From NCBI GenBank assembly GCA_024695225.1, contig JAILIO010000139.1, forward strand, positions 1 through 59,864: a stretch of 59,864 nucleotides of DNA, given 5' to 3'. Origin of the DNA: Lachnospiraceae bacterium (GTDB taxonomy: Bacteria > Bacillota > Clostridia > Lachnospirales > Lachnospiraceae). Each line of letters opens with the position of its first letter. Within the stretch, counting starts at the first letter, position 1. This document shows, piece by piece, positions 1 through 8,945 of the stretch. The notes below the pieces were generated by a model. The model did no database searches. It was not told the DNA's origin and saw nothing but the letters and a program-made list of their open reading frames with translations. The position numbers and the translations under genes are program-made.

Positions 1-2
1 AA

Positions 3-2417
3 AGCATTGAGGGCGGAACCATCAGTATATGGTATAAAGGCGGAAGCCTTGGAGATGAATGGACTGATACACTTCCTGCAGATGCCGGAACCTACAGCGT
101 TGCAGTGGATTACTCTCAGGTTGGAAGCTACAGCGCAGCAGAGAAACTAACGGATGACAGCTGGAAATTCACTGTCACCCCCAAAGACATATCAGGCGCT
201 GTGTTGACCGGCATAGAGGGCAGCTATGATCATACAGGGGAAGCTCTGGAGCCCGCACCTGTGGTCTCTGTGCAGCTGAAGGATGGCGGCGTGACCCTTG
301 TAAAGGATACTGACTATACGGTTTCCTATACAGACAATGTAAATAAGGGCACTGCAAAGGTTACAGTCACAGGAAAGGGAAATTACACAGGAAGCGTCAT
401 AAAGACCTTCGAGATCGTGATCAGAGTCACCGGGATCGATATCGAAAACAGTAAGCTGTATTTGAAACCCGGGGAAAAGGCTGTCTTGAATGCTGTTGTC
501 ATGCCGGAAGATGCAAATGACAGATCAGTCTCCTGGAGCAGTTCAAATGACAGTGTCGCCACAGTTTCAGAGGGCGAAGTCACGGGAGTTTCCGCAGGTG
601 ACGCCATAATTTCCGCTGTTACAAAAGACGGAGCTTTCAAAGCAGAAGCTGTTGTGACTGTCCTTTCTGAAGGTGAAAATGTGCCTGATTCAGATATCTA
701 TGGGGATGAGGAAGAGTATGAAAAGGCCAAGGAAGAAGCCGGGAAGGAAGGCAGGGAACTGGGCCTTTGGATCGCAGGTGACTTCCGGCAGGAATATGTG
801 TACACCGGGGCTGCCATAAAGCCTCTGCCCAATGTGTATTACGGGACAAAGCTTCTGATCCAGGGAAGTGATTACACGGTCAAATACAAGAATAATACAA
901 ATGCAGCATCCCTCACGGACAGTAAGGCTCCTGAGATAACAGTGAAGGGAAAAGGCATTTACTCGGGAAGCGATACGGAAAACTTTGCCATAACAAAAGC
1001 GAGTTTTGAGGACGACAGGGATGATTTTGCAATATCAGATATAGCGATTGTGGTGAAGAATACAAAAGCGCAGAAGCCCGTGCCCAAGATCACATACATG
1101 GGCAAAAATCTGTCCGCAAAGAAGGACTTTACTGTCATCTACAGGGTTGGAGGACAGGAATCGGACAGCGTTTCCCTGGATGAAGGAGAGACAAAAAAAG
1201 AATTTGAAGCGGTTATAAAAGCAACGGACAGCGGAAACTACACCGGAGAGACTGTGGTCACAGGATGTTTGTATCTCAAAGGGGAATCAGATGTAACCGC
1301 GCTTCCCATATCAAAGCTTAAATTCACTGCATCTCCCGCTGCGTGCGTGTACGATGGCGCAGAGCAGAAGCCTTCATTTACCGCTTCCTACAATTCGAAG
1401 GACGTAAGTTTTGAAAGAAGCGAAGATGATGCAGAGGATTACTTTGATACAGTCTACGGCAACAATGTGGATCAGGGAAAAGGGAAGATGACCATATCCG
1501 GAAAGGCGGTATACACAGCCACGGACGGCAGCAAATATGTATTCACCGGAAACAAGACCCTTACCTTCAAGATAGACAGATTCGATCTGAAAGATGCGGA
1601 AATAGTCTTCAGCTCGGTTGAACAAAATGAGGACGGCTCATATACAGGAGTGCTCCCTTATGAGAAGGCAGGGGCGAAGCCCGGGGTTCTTGTGAGCTTT
1701 ACCGGGAAAGTGACCGCGGATGACGGTTCAGTTAGCGAGGAGAAGGTTTATCTCCAGCAGGGACGTCATTACAAGGTCAAATATAAATACACCGACAAGG
1801 ACAAGACCGGTATCACCGTTACGGTGAGCGGCACAGGAAACTTTACGGGCAGCAAAGCGCTGTCCGGGACCGCTGCAGCCGTGACCCTGAGAGAGAATGC
1901 TGTGGCTGTCGCCGAAGATGTTATATCCGGAAAGGATCCTTCAAAGGTGAGTGTCAAAGTGTACGACGAGTATGGCACCCTCCTCAAAAAGGGGAAAGAT
2001 TATGTCTACGATCCACAGACAGACATTTCGGAAGACGAGAGTCAGAGCGCCGAAGATGAGGGGGAAAAGACTTATACCCTCACCCTTCACGGTGTGGGAG
2101 TCTATGCTGCAAATGAAGGCGGGGACCTGACCTGCAGCTTCAAGAGTTACGATAAGGCGTATAAATTCGCTTCCGCAAAGCAGCTTACAAAACCTGAAAA
2201 GAATTACACGGGAAGCGCTGTGGAACTGACAGAAGAAGATCTCACAGGGATGCTTGGCCACAAGGAGAAAGATAAACTCGTGCCCGGCACGGACTTTGAG
2301 GTTGTAGTTTATCAGAAGAATGTGAAACCCGGAACCGCAAAGGCCATACTGAGAGGTCTGGGGCAGTTCGGAGGATCCAAGACCATCACTTTCAAGATCC
2401 AAAAGAGAGCATTTTAA
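3..2417 (+). CDS. Cell-surface adhesin-like protein, C-terminal part (5' end lies upstream of the window); one Big_2 Ig-like domain plus about six MBG/Ig-like 'GNYTG' modules
   Basis: Frame 3 is open from nt 3 with no stop before the listed GTG at 105, so the ORF enters from upstream. 'VTGIDIENSKLYLKPGEKAVLNAVVMPEDANDRSVSWSSSNDSVATVSEGEVTGVSAGDAIISAVTKDG' is a classic Big_2 signature. Repeated modules such as 'DYTVSYTDNVNKGTAKVTVTGKGNYTGS' and 'HYKVKYKYTDKDKTGITVTVSGTGNFTGS' are present. No LPXTG motif or C-terminal TM helix seen. Confidence 0.75.
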   Translation, partial: SIEGGTISIWYKGGSLGDEWTDTLPADAGTYSVAVDYSQVGSYSAAEKLTDDSWKFTVTPKDISGAVLTGIEGSYDHTGEALEPAPVVSVQLKDGGVTLVKDTDYTVSYTDNVNKGTAKVTVTGKGNYTGSVIKTFEIVIRVTGIDIENSKLYLKPGEKAVLNAVVMPEDANDRSVSWSSSNDSVATVSEGEVTGVSAGDAIISAVTKDGAFKAEAVVTVLSEGENVPDSDIYGDEEEYEKAKEEAGKEGRELGLWIAGDFRQEYVYTGAAIKPLPNVYYGTKLLIQGSDYTVKYKNNTNAASLTDSKAPEITVKGKGIYSGSDTENFAITKASFEDDRDDFAISDIAIVVKNTKAQKPVPKITYMGKNLSAKKDFTVIYRVGGQESDSVSLDEGETKKEFEAVIKATDSGNYTGETVVTGCLYLKGESDVTALPISKLKFTASPAACVYDGAEQKPSFTASYNSKDVSFERSEDDAEDYFDTVYGNNVDQGKGKMTISGKAVYTATDGSKYVFTGNKTLTFKIDRFDLKDAEIVFSSVEQNEDGSYTGVLPYEKAGAKPGVLVSFTGKVTADDGSVSEEKVYLQQGRHYKVKYKYTDKDKTGITVTVSGTGNFTGSKALSGTAAAVTLRENAVAVAEDVISGKDPSKVSVKVYDEYGTLLKKGKDYVYDPQTDISEDESQSAEDEGEKTYTLTLHGVGVYAANEGGDLTCSFKSYDKAYKFASAKQLTKPEKNYTGSAVELTEEDLTGMLGHKEKDKLVPGTDFEVVVYQKNVKPGTAKAILRGLGQFGGSKTITFKIQKRAF

Positions 2418-2445
2418 GCGTGGAGTACGTGGAAGGCATAAGATA

Positions 2446-3441
2446 ATGAAAAAGATACTGATCACGGGAGCTGCAGGGTTCATAGGGGCAGCTCTCGCCG
2501 CAAGGCTTTTGTCGGAGGATAAAGATACTTATGTGACAGGGATCGATTCCCTGACAGATTATTACGATCCTGCACTCAAGAGGGAGAGACTTGAAGAATT
2601 AAAAACCTTTGGAGAGAGATTCAGGTTCATCAAGGGAGATATTGCAGACCGGCTCTTTGTGGAGGATGTGATGAGAAGTGTCCGCCCTGACACAGTGGTG
2701 AACCTGGCAGCCCAAGCAGGGGTCAGGTATTCACTGATCCAGCCGGAGGCTTATATGCATTCCAATATAACGGGTTTTTACAATATTCTCGAGGCATGCC
2801 GCTCCTACTCCCCGGTGCATCTGGTCTATGCCAGTTCATCATCCGTATACGGAACCGATGCAAAGGCGCCCTTTCGCGAGGATGCGGCACTGCTGACTCC
2901 GGCTTCACTTTACGCTGCAACGAAGATCTCAAACGAAGCCATGGCTAAGGCCTATTCCCATCTGTTCGGATTCCCTTCAACAGGGCTCAGGTTTTTTACG
3001 GTGTACGGTCCCAAGGGGAGACCTGACATGGCTTACTACAAGTTCACCATCAGGATGATCGCCGGTGAAAGACTGCAGATATACAACAACGGAGATATGC
3101 TTAGGGATTTCACATACATAGATGACATCACCCGGGGCATAGCCCTTGTGATAAATGAGGGTCAGTCTGAGGGCAGTGAGATATATAATATCGGCGCAGG
3201 ACAGCCTGTGAAGCTTTTGGATTTCATTGATGTGCTGGAGGATGAACTTTTGGAGGCCGGCGTGATCCTGAAGAGGCCGGAGAGAGAGTTTCTGCCCATG
3301 CAGCCCGGGGATGTGCCGGAGACCTGGTGCGACACCGGAAAGCTTGAAAAGAGATTTGGCTACAAGCCGGAGACCGATCTGAGGACAGGGCTCAGGGCCT
3401 TTGCAATATGGTATAGGGAGAGATATGGTACTGACGGGTAA
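2446..3441 (+). CDS. NAD-dependent nucleotide-sugar 4-epimerase (SDR; UDP-glucuronate/UDP-hexose 4-epimerase-like)
   Basis: N-terminal Rossmann motif 'ILITGAAGFIGAALAARLL'. Catalytic YxxxK in 'SLYAATKISNE'. 'DYYDPALKRERL' resembles Cap1J/UDP-GlcA 4-epimerase-type proteins. Length 331 aa. Confidence 0.8.
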   Translation: MKKILITGAAGFIGAALAARLLSEDKDTYVTGIDSLTDYYDPALKRERLEELKTFGERFRFIKGDIADRLFVEDVMRSVRPDTVVNLAAQAGVRYSLIQPEAYMHSNITGFYNILEACRSYSPVHLVYASSSSVYGTDAKAPFREDAALLTPASLYAATKISNEAMAKAYSHLFGFPSTGLRFFTVYGPKGRPDMAYYKFTIRMIAGERLQIYNNGDMLRDFTYIDDITRGIALVINEGQSEGSEIYNIGAGQPVKLLDFIDVLEDELLEAGVILKRPEREFLPMQPGDVPETWCDTGKLEKRFGYKPETDLRTGLRAFAIWYRERYGTDG

Positions 3442-4777
3442 GAAAAGATTTCTGGTCTGGCCGATCATGCTGCTGTGCTGGATCCCCTGTTATATTTCAT
3501 ACTTCCCCGGTATCTACGCTTACGACATTCCTTTTCAGCATCTGGTATACCTGGGACAGGTGCCGTGGAACAATCACCAGCCTCTGATACACACGCTGTT
3601 CTGGGGACTGTGCTGGGGGTTTGAGAATCTTGTGGGATATCATCCCGCAGCCCTCATCATGTATGCGGTCCTGCAGATGATAATGCTGTCGGGGCTTTTG
3701 TCCTATGTGGTCCTCAGGATGTACCGTTTTGGAAAAGCGGCGCCTCTGGTCGCCTTTATCTGGTATGCACTGAACCCGGTGCTTGTGATCTTCTCTTTTG
3801 TGACCACAAAGGATGTTCTCTTTTCGGGGCTCTTCATGGTTTGGCTCATGATACTCATGGATCTTTATTCATCAAAAAAAGAGATCGTTGTGAGAGATGT
3901 GATCCCCTTTGTGATCATAGGACTTCTGGCCTGTCTGCTCAGAAAGAACGTTCCGTATGTGATGCTCCTCACAGCCTTTATCTTTCTCGGGCTTAAGAAG
4001 ACCAGGCTGTTTTTTGCCATACTGGCGACCACTGCCATGTCGGTTTTTGTGACTTCGGGCATATATAACTGGGCCGGGGTCCTGGCGTCTTCCGATGCGG
4101 AAATGCTTTCCGTTCCCATGACCCAGCTGGCTTCCGTTTACAACGACGAAGGGGCTATGATCACTGACCGGGACAGGGAGGGGATAGAATACTATATGGA
4201 TCCCTCGGTTTTCAATCCCAGGCTGGCGGACCCACTGAAGATCAGTTTCAACACTGACAGATATGACAAGGACAAGTTCCGTTTCTGGAAACTGTATCTG
4301 AACGTGCTGTTTGAAGAGCCCGTAAGGATGATAAACGCAGGACTCACCCTGGATGAGCCCTACTGGAATCCCTTATTGCCCTTCCCGGATCCCTATGCAC
4401 AGCTCAGGTACATTGAAACCTATATATCCGTGGACACCCAGTACAAGACTGAATGCGCAGGACTTCTCCCAAAGATCCACAGGATATACGACTCTTTTGC
4501 AAGACATGACAACAAATTCACCAATTCCAGATACACCGGATGGCTCTTTTCCCTCTGGTTCCCCATCTGGTTTATATTTGGGTGCATGATAATATGTATC
4601 ATAAGGGGAAGGCATGAGTTCCGCTGTATCTTCATACCGGTGTTCATCCTCTTTGCCACATACCTTTTGGGGCCGGTGGCCAATTTCAGATATCTGTACA
4701 CTTTTGAACTGGTGATGCCCATCGCAGCCTGTGCTGCTCTTTCCAGGGAAGGGACGACTGTTGAAAGATACTCTTAA
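3425..4777 (+). CDS. Polytopic integral membrane protein, GT-C-like architecture, function unknown
   Basis: ATG at 3425 preceded by GGGAGAG; the listed ORF start at 3401 is a TTG inside the epimerase gene. About 10 hydrophobic segments followed by a roughly 200-aa less hydrophobic region and two more TM helices. 17-nt overlap with the upstream gene suggests translational coupling. Confidence 0.6.
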   Translation: MVLTGKKRFLVWPIMLLCWIPCYISYFPGIYAYDIPFQHLVYLGQVPWNNHQPLIHTLFWGLCWGFENLVGYHPAALIMYAVLQMIMLSGLLSYVVLRMYRFGKAAPLVAFIWYALNPVLVIFSFVTTKDVLFSGLFMVWLMILMDLYSSKKEIVVRDVIPFVIIGLLACLLRKNVPYVMLLTAFIFLGLKKTRLFFAILATTAMSVFVTSGIYNWAGVLASSDAEMLSVPMTQLASVYNDEGAMITDRDREGIEYYMDPSVFNPRLADPLKISFNTDRYDKDKFRFWKLYLNVLFEEPVRMINAGLTLDEPYWNPLLPFPDPYAQLRYIETYISVDTQYKTECAGLLPKIHRIYDSFARHDNKFTNSRYTGWLFSLWFPIWFIFGCMIICIIRGRHEFRCIFIPVFILFATYLLGPVANFRYLYTFELVMPIAACAALSREGTTVERYS

Positions 4778-6200
4778 GAAAATAAGGCTCTGTGTCCTTG
4801 TGATAACTGCTGCGCTGACGGTGATGATGCTCCTTTCAGCCCCCTTTGATGTGCCCTCCATGGACGATTTTTCATTCTCCGTGGCAGCCAAAGAGGCTCT
4901 GGATTCAGGGGAGGGGATATGGGGCGTTATACAGGCGGCGGCTGCTACCTCCTACGACAAATACATGAACTGGCAGGGAACCTTTACATCCATATTTTTT
5001 ATGGCCATGATGCCCGGCATATTCGGCCTGAGAGCCTATGCCGTAACGCCCTGCATAATGCTGGCTGTTCTCTTCTTCGGGATCCTTTATTTCTTCAGGG
5101 CCCTGGGGGACAATGAAGAAGACAGGATCAGGCTGGACATAGTATCTATGCTTGTGTTCATCGCAGTCACGCAGTGTATGCCGGATCCCACGGAGGGCAT
5201 ATACTGGTATAACGGAGCGGTGCATTACACCATCCCCACCGCCGCTGCCATGTTCTTCTGCGGAGCTTTTGTGAGAAATGCCGAGGGGAACAAAAAATGG
5301 TATCACAATGTTCTCATGTATATTTCAGCGGTGCTGGCGGGAGGTGGAAATTATGTGACAGCCCTGGTGCTGGCGCTCATCATCCTCTCCTATCTGGTCT
5401 TTTCCCGGGTGCCTTTCTTCGGACAAAGGGCTTTTGGATTCTTTTCCATAATGTCCTATCTGATACTGTCGGCATCTTTTGCCCCGCTCTGGTACGGCTC
5501 CGGCAACATCGAGGCCGGAAGGGCCAGGGATGCCATATACATCTTTTATATGATTCTCCTGTTCCTGAACCTGATCATGCTGGTCCGGCGCAGGGAGTCC
5601 TCCTCACGGCTCGCCGCCATACTCACCCCGGACCCATATTCCGTCAGGTGGAACCTGGCAGGTGTCCTGTTGTTCTTTGCCTGCTTTATAGTGAATGTGC
5701 TGGCCCCTGGGAATACCGTCAGAGCTTCACAGACAGAATCCTACGGGATCATCCATTCCGTGGGGCTCAGCCTGTACTCCGGCTTTACCGTGCCCTTAAG
5801 GGAGTGGACGGACTGGCTTCCGGCGCTGATGCTGGTGGTTGCGGCCATTTTGTTCAGCAGTGTGGGGGTCAGGCGTGTCCTTCCGGCACTTCCCGTATTC
5901 ATGCTTTTTATGATAATGTCATTCAAGGCAGGGCCGGAACATTACACAGCCCTTTCCTCGGTAAAGTCCGTCGCCAACGGGGACGTGTTTCAGTACCGCG
6001 CCCAAGTGGTTGACCGCACAGCCTTTATTTCCACCTGTACGGGGGATGAGGTGGTGAAATTCTATTCCATAAAACCCGGACCCATTTTCAAGGGGGACAT
6101 CTCCTCCGATGAGACCCAGTGGGAAAACATTGCTTACGCCAGGTATTACGGTCTTGAGAGCATAAGGGGAGAGGGCGAGTACGGAGTGATGGAGAGATGA
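4761..6200 (+). CDS. Polytopic integral membrane protein, paralogue 1 (DDFSFS...YMNWQG family)
   Basis: Long ORF 4731..6200. The preferred start is TTG 4761 with GGGAAGGGA 7 nt upstream, giving 'MKDTLKKIRLCVLVITAAL'. Alternatives are GTG 4731 and ATG 4824. Shares N-terminal, internal ('APGN.VRAS') and C-terminal ('WENIAYARYYG') motifs with the next gene. Confidence 0.6.
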   Translation: MKDTLKKIRLCVLVITAALTVMMLLSAPFDVPSMDDFSFSVAAKEALDSGEGIWGVIQAAAATSYDKYMNWQGTFTSIFFMAMMPGIFGLRAYAVTPCIMLAVLFFGILYFFRALGDNEEDRIRLDIVSMLVFIAVTQCMPDPTEGIYWYNGAVHYTIPTAAAMFFCGAFVRNAEGNKKWYHNVLMYISAVLAGGGNYVTALVLALIILSYLVFSRVPFFGQRAFGFFSIMSYLILSASFAPLWYGSGNIEAGRARDAIYIFYMILLFLNLIMLVRRRESSSRLAAILTPDPYSVRWNLAGVLLFFACFIVNVLAPGNTVRASQTESYGIIHSVGLSLYSGFTVPLREWTDWLPALMLVVAAILFSSVGVRRVLPALPVFMLFMIMSFKAGPEHYTALSSVKSVANGDVFQYRAQVVDRTAFISTCTGDEVVKFYSIKPGPIFKGDISSDETQWENIAYARYYGLESIRGEGEYGVMER

Positions 6201-7540
6201 TGGAAAAGAAAAAAATACCCGTGACCTTTGTGGCAGCTGTGGCTGCAGCATATGTGGCGATCCTCGTTTTCATGCTTTTGACGCCCATGCTCACAGATGA
6301 CTTTTCATATTCCGTGATAGTGAGAAAAGCTTCTTCTCTCGGGGATCTCATCGCCCAGGAGAGGGATCAGTACATGAACTGGACCGGCAGGAGCATGGCC
6401 CACTTTCTTTTGAGACTGTTTTTGAAGGCCCCCCACCCGGTGTTCTGCATCCTTTCCGCCGGGGCTTTCACAGGGCTTTCGGTGTTTATTTACATGAACG
6501 CCTTCAGGAGAGAAAGCTACGATACGAGGGCGTTTTTGCTGATACAGCTTCTCATGTGGCTCACCGGGGTTTCCTTTCCTCAGACCGTGCTCTGGGAGAC
6601 CGGGGCGTGCACTTATCTCTGGGGCTCATTTGTGATAATGGCCTTCGTGACCGCCTACAGGGCAGGGCTAAACGCCCCCCACAGAAAATGGCTTTTCACC
6701 GTGCTGATCACTGTCCTGGGGTTTGTGGCCGGATGGTTCAATGAAAACACATCAGCCGGCGGGATATTTATCTGCGCAGCTTTTTTGATCCTGTATGTGA
6801 AGGATCAGGGACGGGGGACAAAGGCCCTTAGACCCTGGATGATCTCATCCCTCGTCTCTTCCTGCCTGTCCTTTCTCATAATGATTTCCGCCCCCGGAAA
6901 CAAGATCCGGGCTTCATTCTCCGAGGAGAATCACTCCGGGCTCTACGGCATGGCAGCCAGGGTACAGAAGCTGACCCTTAAGGTAAATGACAACTTCTTT
7001 GTGCTGCTTTCCCTGACAGTGCTTTTATTTGCGGTGCTGAAGGCCCAGGGAATCCTGATGAAGAGCCTGAGGGCGGAATTCGTGTTCCTGATAGCAGGTT
7101 TTCTCACGGTGTACTCCCTGTCCGCTGTGGCGTCCACTGAAGACAGGGCGCTGTTCGGGGCCGGCATGTTCCTGATAGTCGTGGTGGCATCGCTGTATTC
7201 CCGGATCGATGAGAAGGATGTGCTGATAAAAGCCCTGAAGAACGCGTCCGTCTGCATAGCGCTCATGTACTTTTTCTTCCTGTATCTGGATTCCGGGGCG
7301 GATCTGGCCAGGATATACAGGGAGAGCAGCGCCAGGCTTTCATCCATAGAGGAGCAGATGGCCGGAGGGGAAAGGGATGTGACTGCGGAATTCCTCCATA
7401 CGGAATTCGATAACCCCTACACTGCCGCATACGAGTCGGAGATCACAGATGACCCTGAGTACTGGGTAAATGTGGCCTATGCAGAGTACTTTGGGGCGGA
7501 CTCCGTGACGGGAGTCCCCAGGGCAGATTCGGAGGACTGA
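6197..7540 (+). CDS. Polytopic integral membrane protein, paralogue 2 (DDFSYS...YMNWTG family)
   Basis: ATGA start/stop overlap with the upstream paralogue. 'PMLTDDFSYS', 'YMNWTGRS', 'SAPGNKIRAS' and 'WVNVAYAEYFG' match the upstream gene position for position. Multiple TM segments. Confidence 0.65.
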   Translation: MMEKKKIPVTFVAAVAAAYVAILVFMLLTPMLTDDFSYSVIVRKASSLGDLIAQERDQYMNWTGRSMAHFLLRLFLKAPHPVFCILSAGAFTGLSVFIYMNAFRRESYDTRAFLLIQLLMWLTGVSFPQTVLWETGACTYLWGSFVIMAFVTAYRAGLNAPHRKWLFTVLITVLGFVAGWFNENTSAGGIFICAAFLILYVKDQGRGTKALRPWMISSLVSSCLSFLIMISAPGNKIRASFSEENHSGLYGMAARVQKLTLKVNDNFFVLLSLTVLLFAVLKAQGILMKSLRAEFVFLIAGFLTVYSLSAVASTEDRALFGAGMFLIVVVASLYSRIDEKDVLIKALKNASVCIALMYFFFLYLDSGADLARIYRESSARLSSIEEQMAGGERDVTAEFLHTEFDNPYTAAYESEITDDPEYWVNVAYAEYFGADSVTGVPRADSED

Positions 7541-7731
7541 GAGAGCTGAAGGGAATCAGCTGTGGGGAGCGGGACCACCTGATCGGGGGACTTAAGGAGA
7601 ACAGGGAGTACAATCTGACCGGAGGACTTAAGGAAATCGGGGGGACAACACCTGATCGGGGGAGCGAAGAGTATCAAGTGTGGAAAAAACCGTCTGATCA
7701 GTGTGCTGAATAGGATCGAAGGGAAAGCAGG

Positions 7732-8832
7732 ATGAAAAACAGGATCTATGTTTGTCATACATATTATCATGCGTTTATCACCTTTCTGAAGGAACTGTCC
7801 ATCAGAGAGAGGGAAAAGGACCCGGGGGAGGCTGTGCTTGTGCTCTCCTCCCTTTCCACGGATTTTACGGGTTTTATCGACAGGGCCGCAGCCTCAGGAC
7901 TTTTCAGGGAGGTGGTGGAATTTCCCGAGAAGCGTTTCACGGAGATCACGGAACTCAGGGTGCTCAGCAGAGACCGGGGCTCCATCTTTTCCAATATGAT
8001 CCAGAGGATACAGTTCACAAAAAGATACGCAGAGATAGAGGATCAGTATGTCCCTGATATCCTGAGGGAGCAGGGATATTCCATATATGTATACTGCGAC
8101 TCAGATCCTGTGGGTACCTGGCTGAACCAAAAGCACATAAGATATCATGCGGTGGAGGATGGCCTGAACTGCCTGGCCCATTTTGACACCGCCAGGTATG
8201 ACAACAGGAAAGCCTTTGCCCTGAAGGCTTTTATGTCCCGGAAACTGAACCTTATCTTCATACAGAACGGTTACGGTAAGTACTGCATGGACATGGAAGT
8301 AAACGACCTGTCCGCCATAGCGCTCCCTCCCATCTGGGGAGCCGTGTACAGGGAAGTGCCCAGGGCTCCTCTCTATGACAGACTGAAGCCCATTGACAAG
8401 GTGATCATAAGGGATGCATTCCTTCCCGAACTGGATAAAAAACTGCTCAGGGGGAAAGGTACTTCGGTGCTTCTTTTGACCGAGGCCCACAGACCATCCG
8501 AGATGCTGATCACCATGTATACGGACATCGTGAACGCCAGACCCGGGGCAAAGATATTCATAAAGCCCCATCCCATGGATGAGACCGACTACTCCTTTGC
8601 CTTCCCGGACGCAGTGATACTGCCGGGAAAGGTGCCAATGGAAGTGCTGAAACTGGTGCCGAGGGTGCATTTCAGCGAGGTCATAACCATTTATACGGAT
8701 CTGACCATGATAGACTTTGCCGACAAGAAGACAAGGCTCGGCAGCACATTTATGGACAGATATGAGGACCATTCCCTGCACGACCTGAACGACGGCATCG
8801 GGGTGAACACGGACAGGGACGATCCCCTGTGA
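7732..8832 (+). CDS. Sialyltransferase-like GT-B glycosyltransferase (GT52/GT38-polysialyltransferase-like, HP motif)
   Basis: The N-terminus 'MKNRIYVCHTYYHAFITFLKEL' and the motif 'AKIFIKPHPMDETDY' resemble my recollection of the start and the K-P-H-P 'HP motif' of bacterial sialyl/polysialyltransferases. No TM segments. The family call is from memory and needs an HMM check. Confidence 0.5.
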   Translation: MKNRIYVCHTYYHAFITFLKELSIREREKDPGEAVLVLSSLSTDFTGFIDRAAASGLFREVVEFPEKRFTEITELRVLSRDRGSIFSNMIQRIQFTKRYAEIEDQYVPDILREQGYSIYVYCDSDPVGTWLNQKHIRYHAVEDGLNCLAHFDTARYDNRKAFALKAFMSRKLNLIFIQNGYGKYCMDMEVNDLSAIALPPIWGAVYREVPRAPLYDRLKPIDKVIIRDAFLPELDKKLLRGKGTSVLLLTEAHRPSEMLITMYTDIVNARPGAKIFIKPHPMDETDYSFAFPDAVILPGKVPMEVLKLVPRVHFSEVITIYTDLTMIDFADKKTRLGSTFMDRYEDHSLHDLNDGIGVNTDRDDPL

Positions 8833-8842
8833 GGCGGGGGTC
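8821..8842 (+). terminator. Weak stem-loop overlapping the stop codon of the upstream gene
   Basis: GATCCCC (8821-8827) pairs with GGGGGTC (8836-8842) with one G-U pair and an 8-nt loop containing the TGA, followed by TTTGT. It is short, so it would be a weak terminator at best. Confidence 0.25.
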
Positions 8843-8871
8843 TTTGTCTGCGAAGTGAGATCTTCCTTTGG

Positions 8872-8899
8872 TTGATTTATCTACGGCGATATATATAAT
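8872..8899 (+). promoter_or_regulatory. Putative sigma-A promoter of the SGNH/ACP/MBOAT/rSAM operon
   Basis: TTGATT (8872-8877), 16-nt spacer, TATAAT (8894-8899). It lies 47 nt upstream of the ATG at 8946. Confidence 0.5.
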
Positions 8900-8945
8900 A
8901 GTTCGTAAACGAAGAGTGAACATACTTGATAAGAGGGAAAGATAT

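Noticed and set aside
5297-6013. 238-aa same-strand alternative-frame ORF inside the membrane protein gene 4761-6200
   Set aside because: The out-of-frame product is Arg/Gly/Pro-rich. The annotated frame gives regular TM helices and motifs shared with the neighbouring paralogue.
7541-7731. Repeated words ('cacctgatcggggga' x2, 'ggacttaagga' x2) in the 191-bp gap before the sialyltransferase-like gene
   Set aside because: There are only two short, imperfect copies each. I could find no hairpin, promoter consensus or ORF, which is too weak to call a feature.
8868-8945. N-terminal extensions proposed by the ORF track. They occur at 8868 for the SGNH lipoprotein, 11721 for the 606-aa membrane protein, 26123 for rfbC, 44069 for GT2, 56666 for the CapD-like gene, 3401 for the first membrane protein and 28875 for the methyltransferase
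   Set aside because: In each case the extension overlaps the preceding gene or a predicted promoter and adds non-homologous sequence ahead of a canonical N-terminus. A downstream start with a Shine-Dalgarno sequence fits better.
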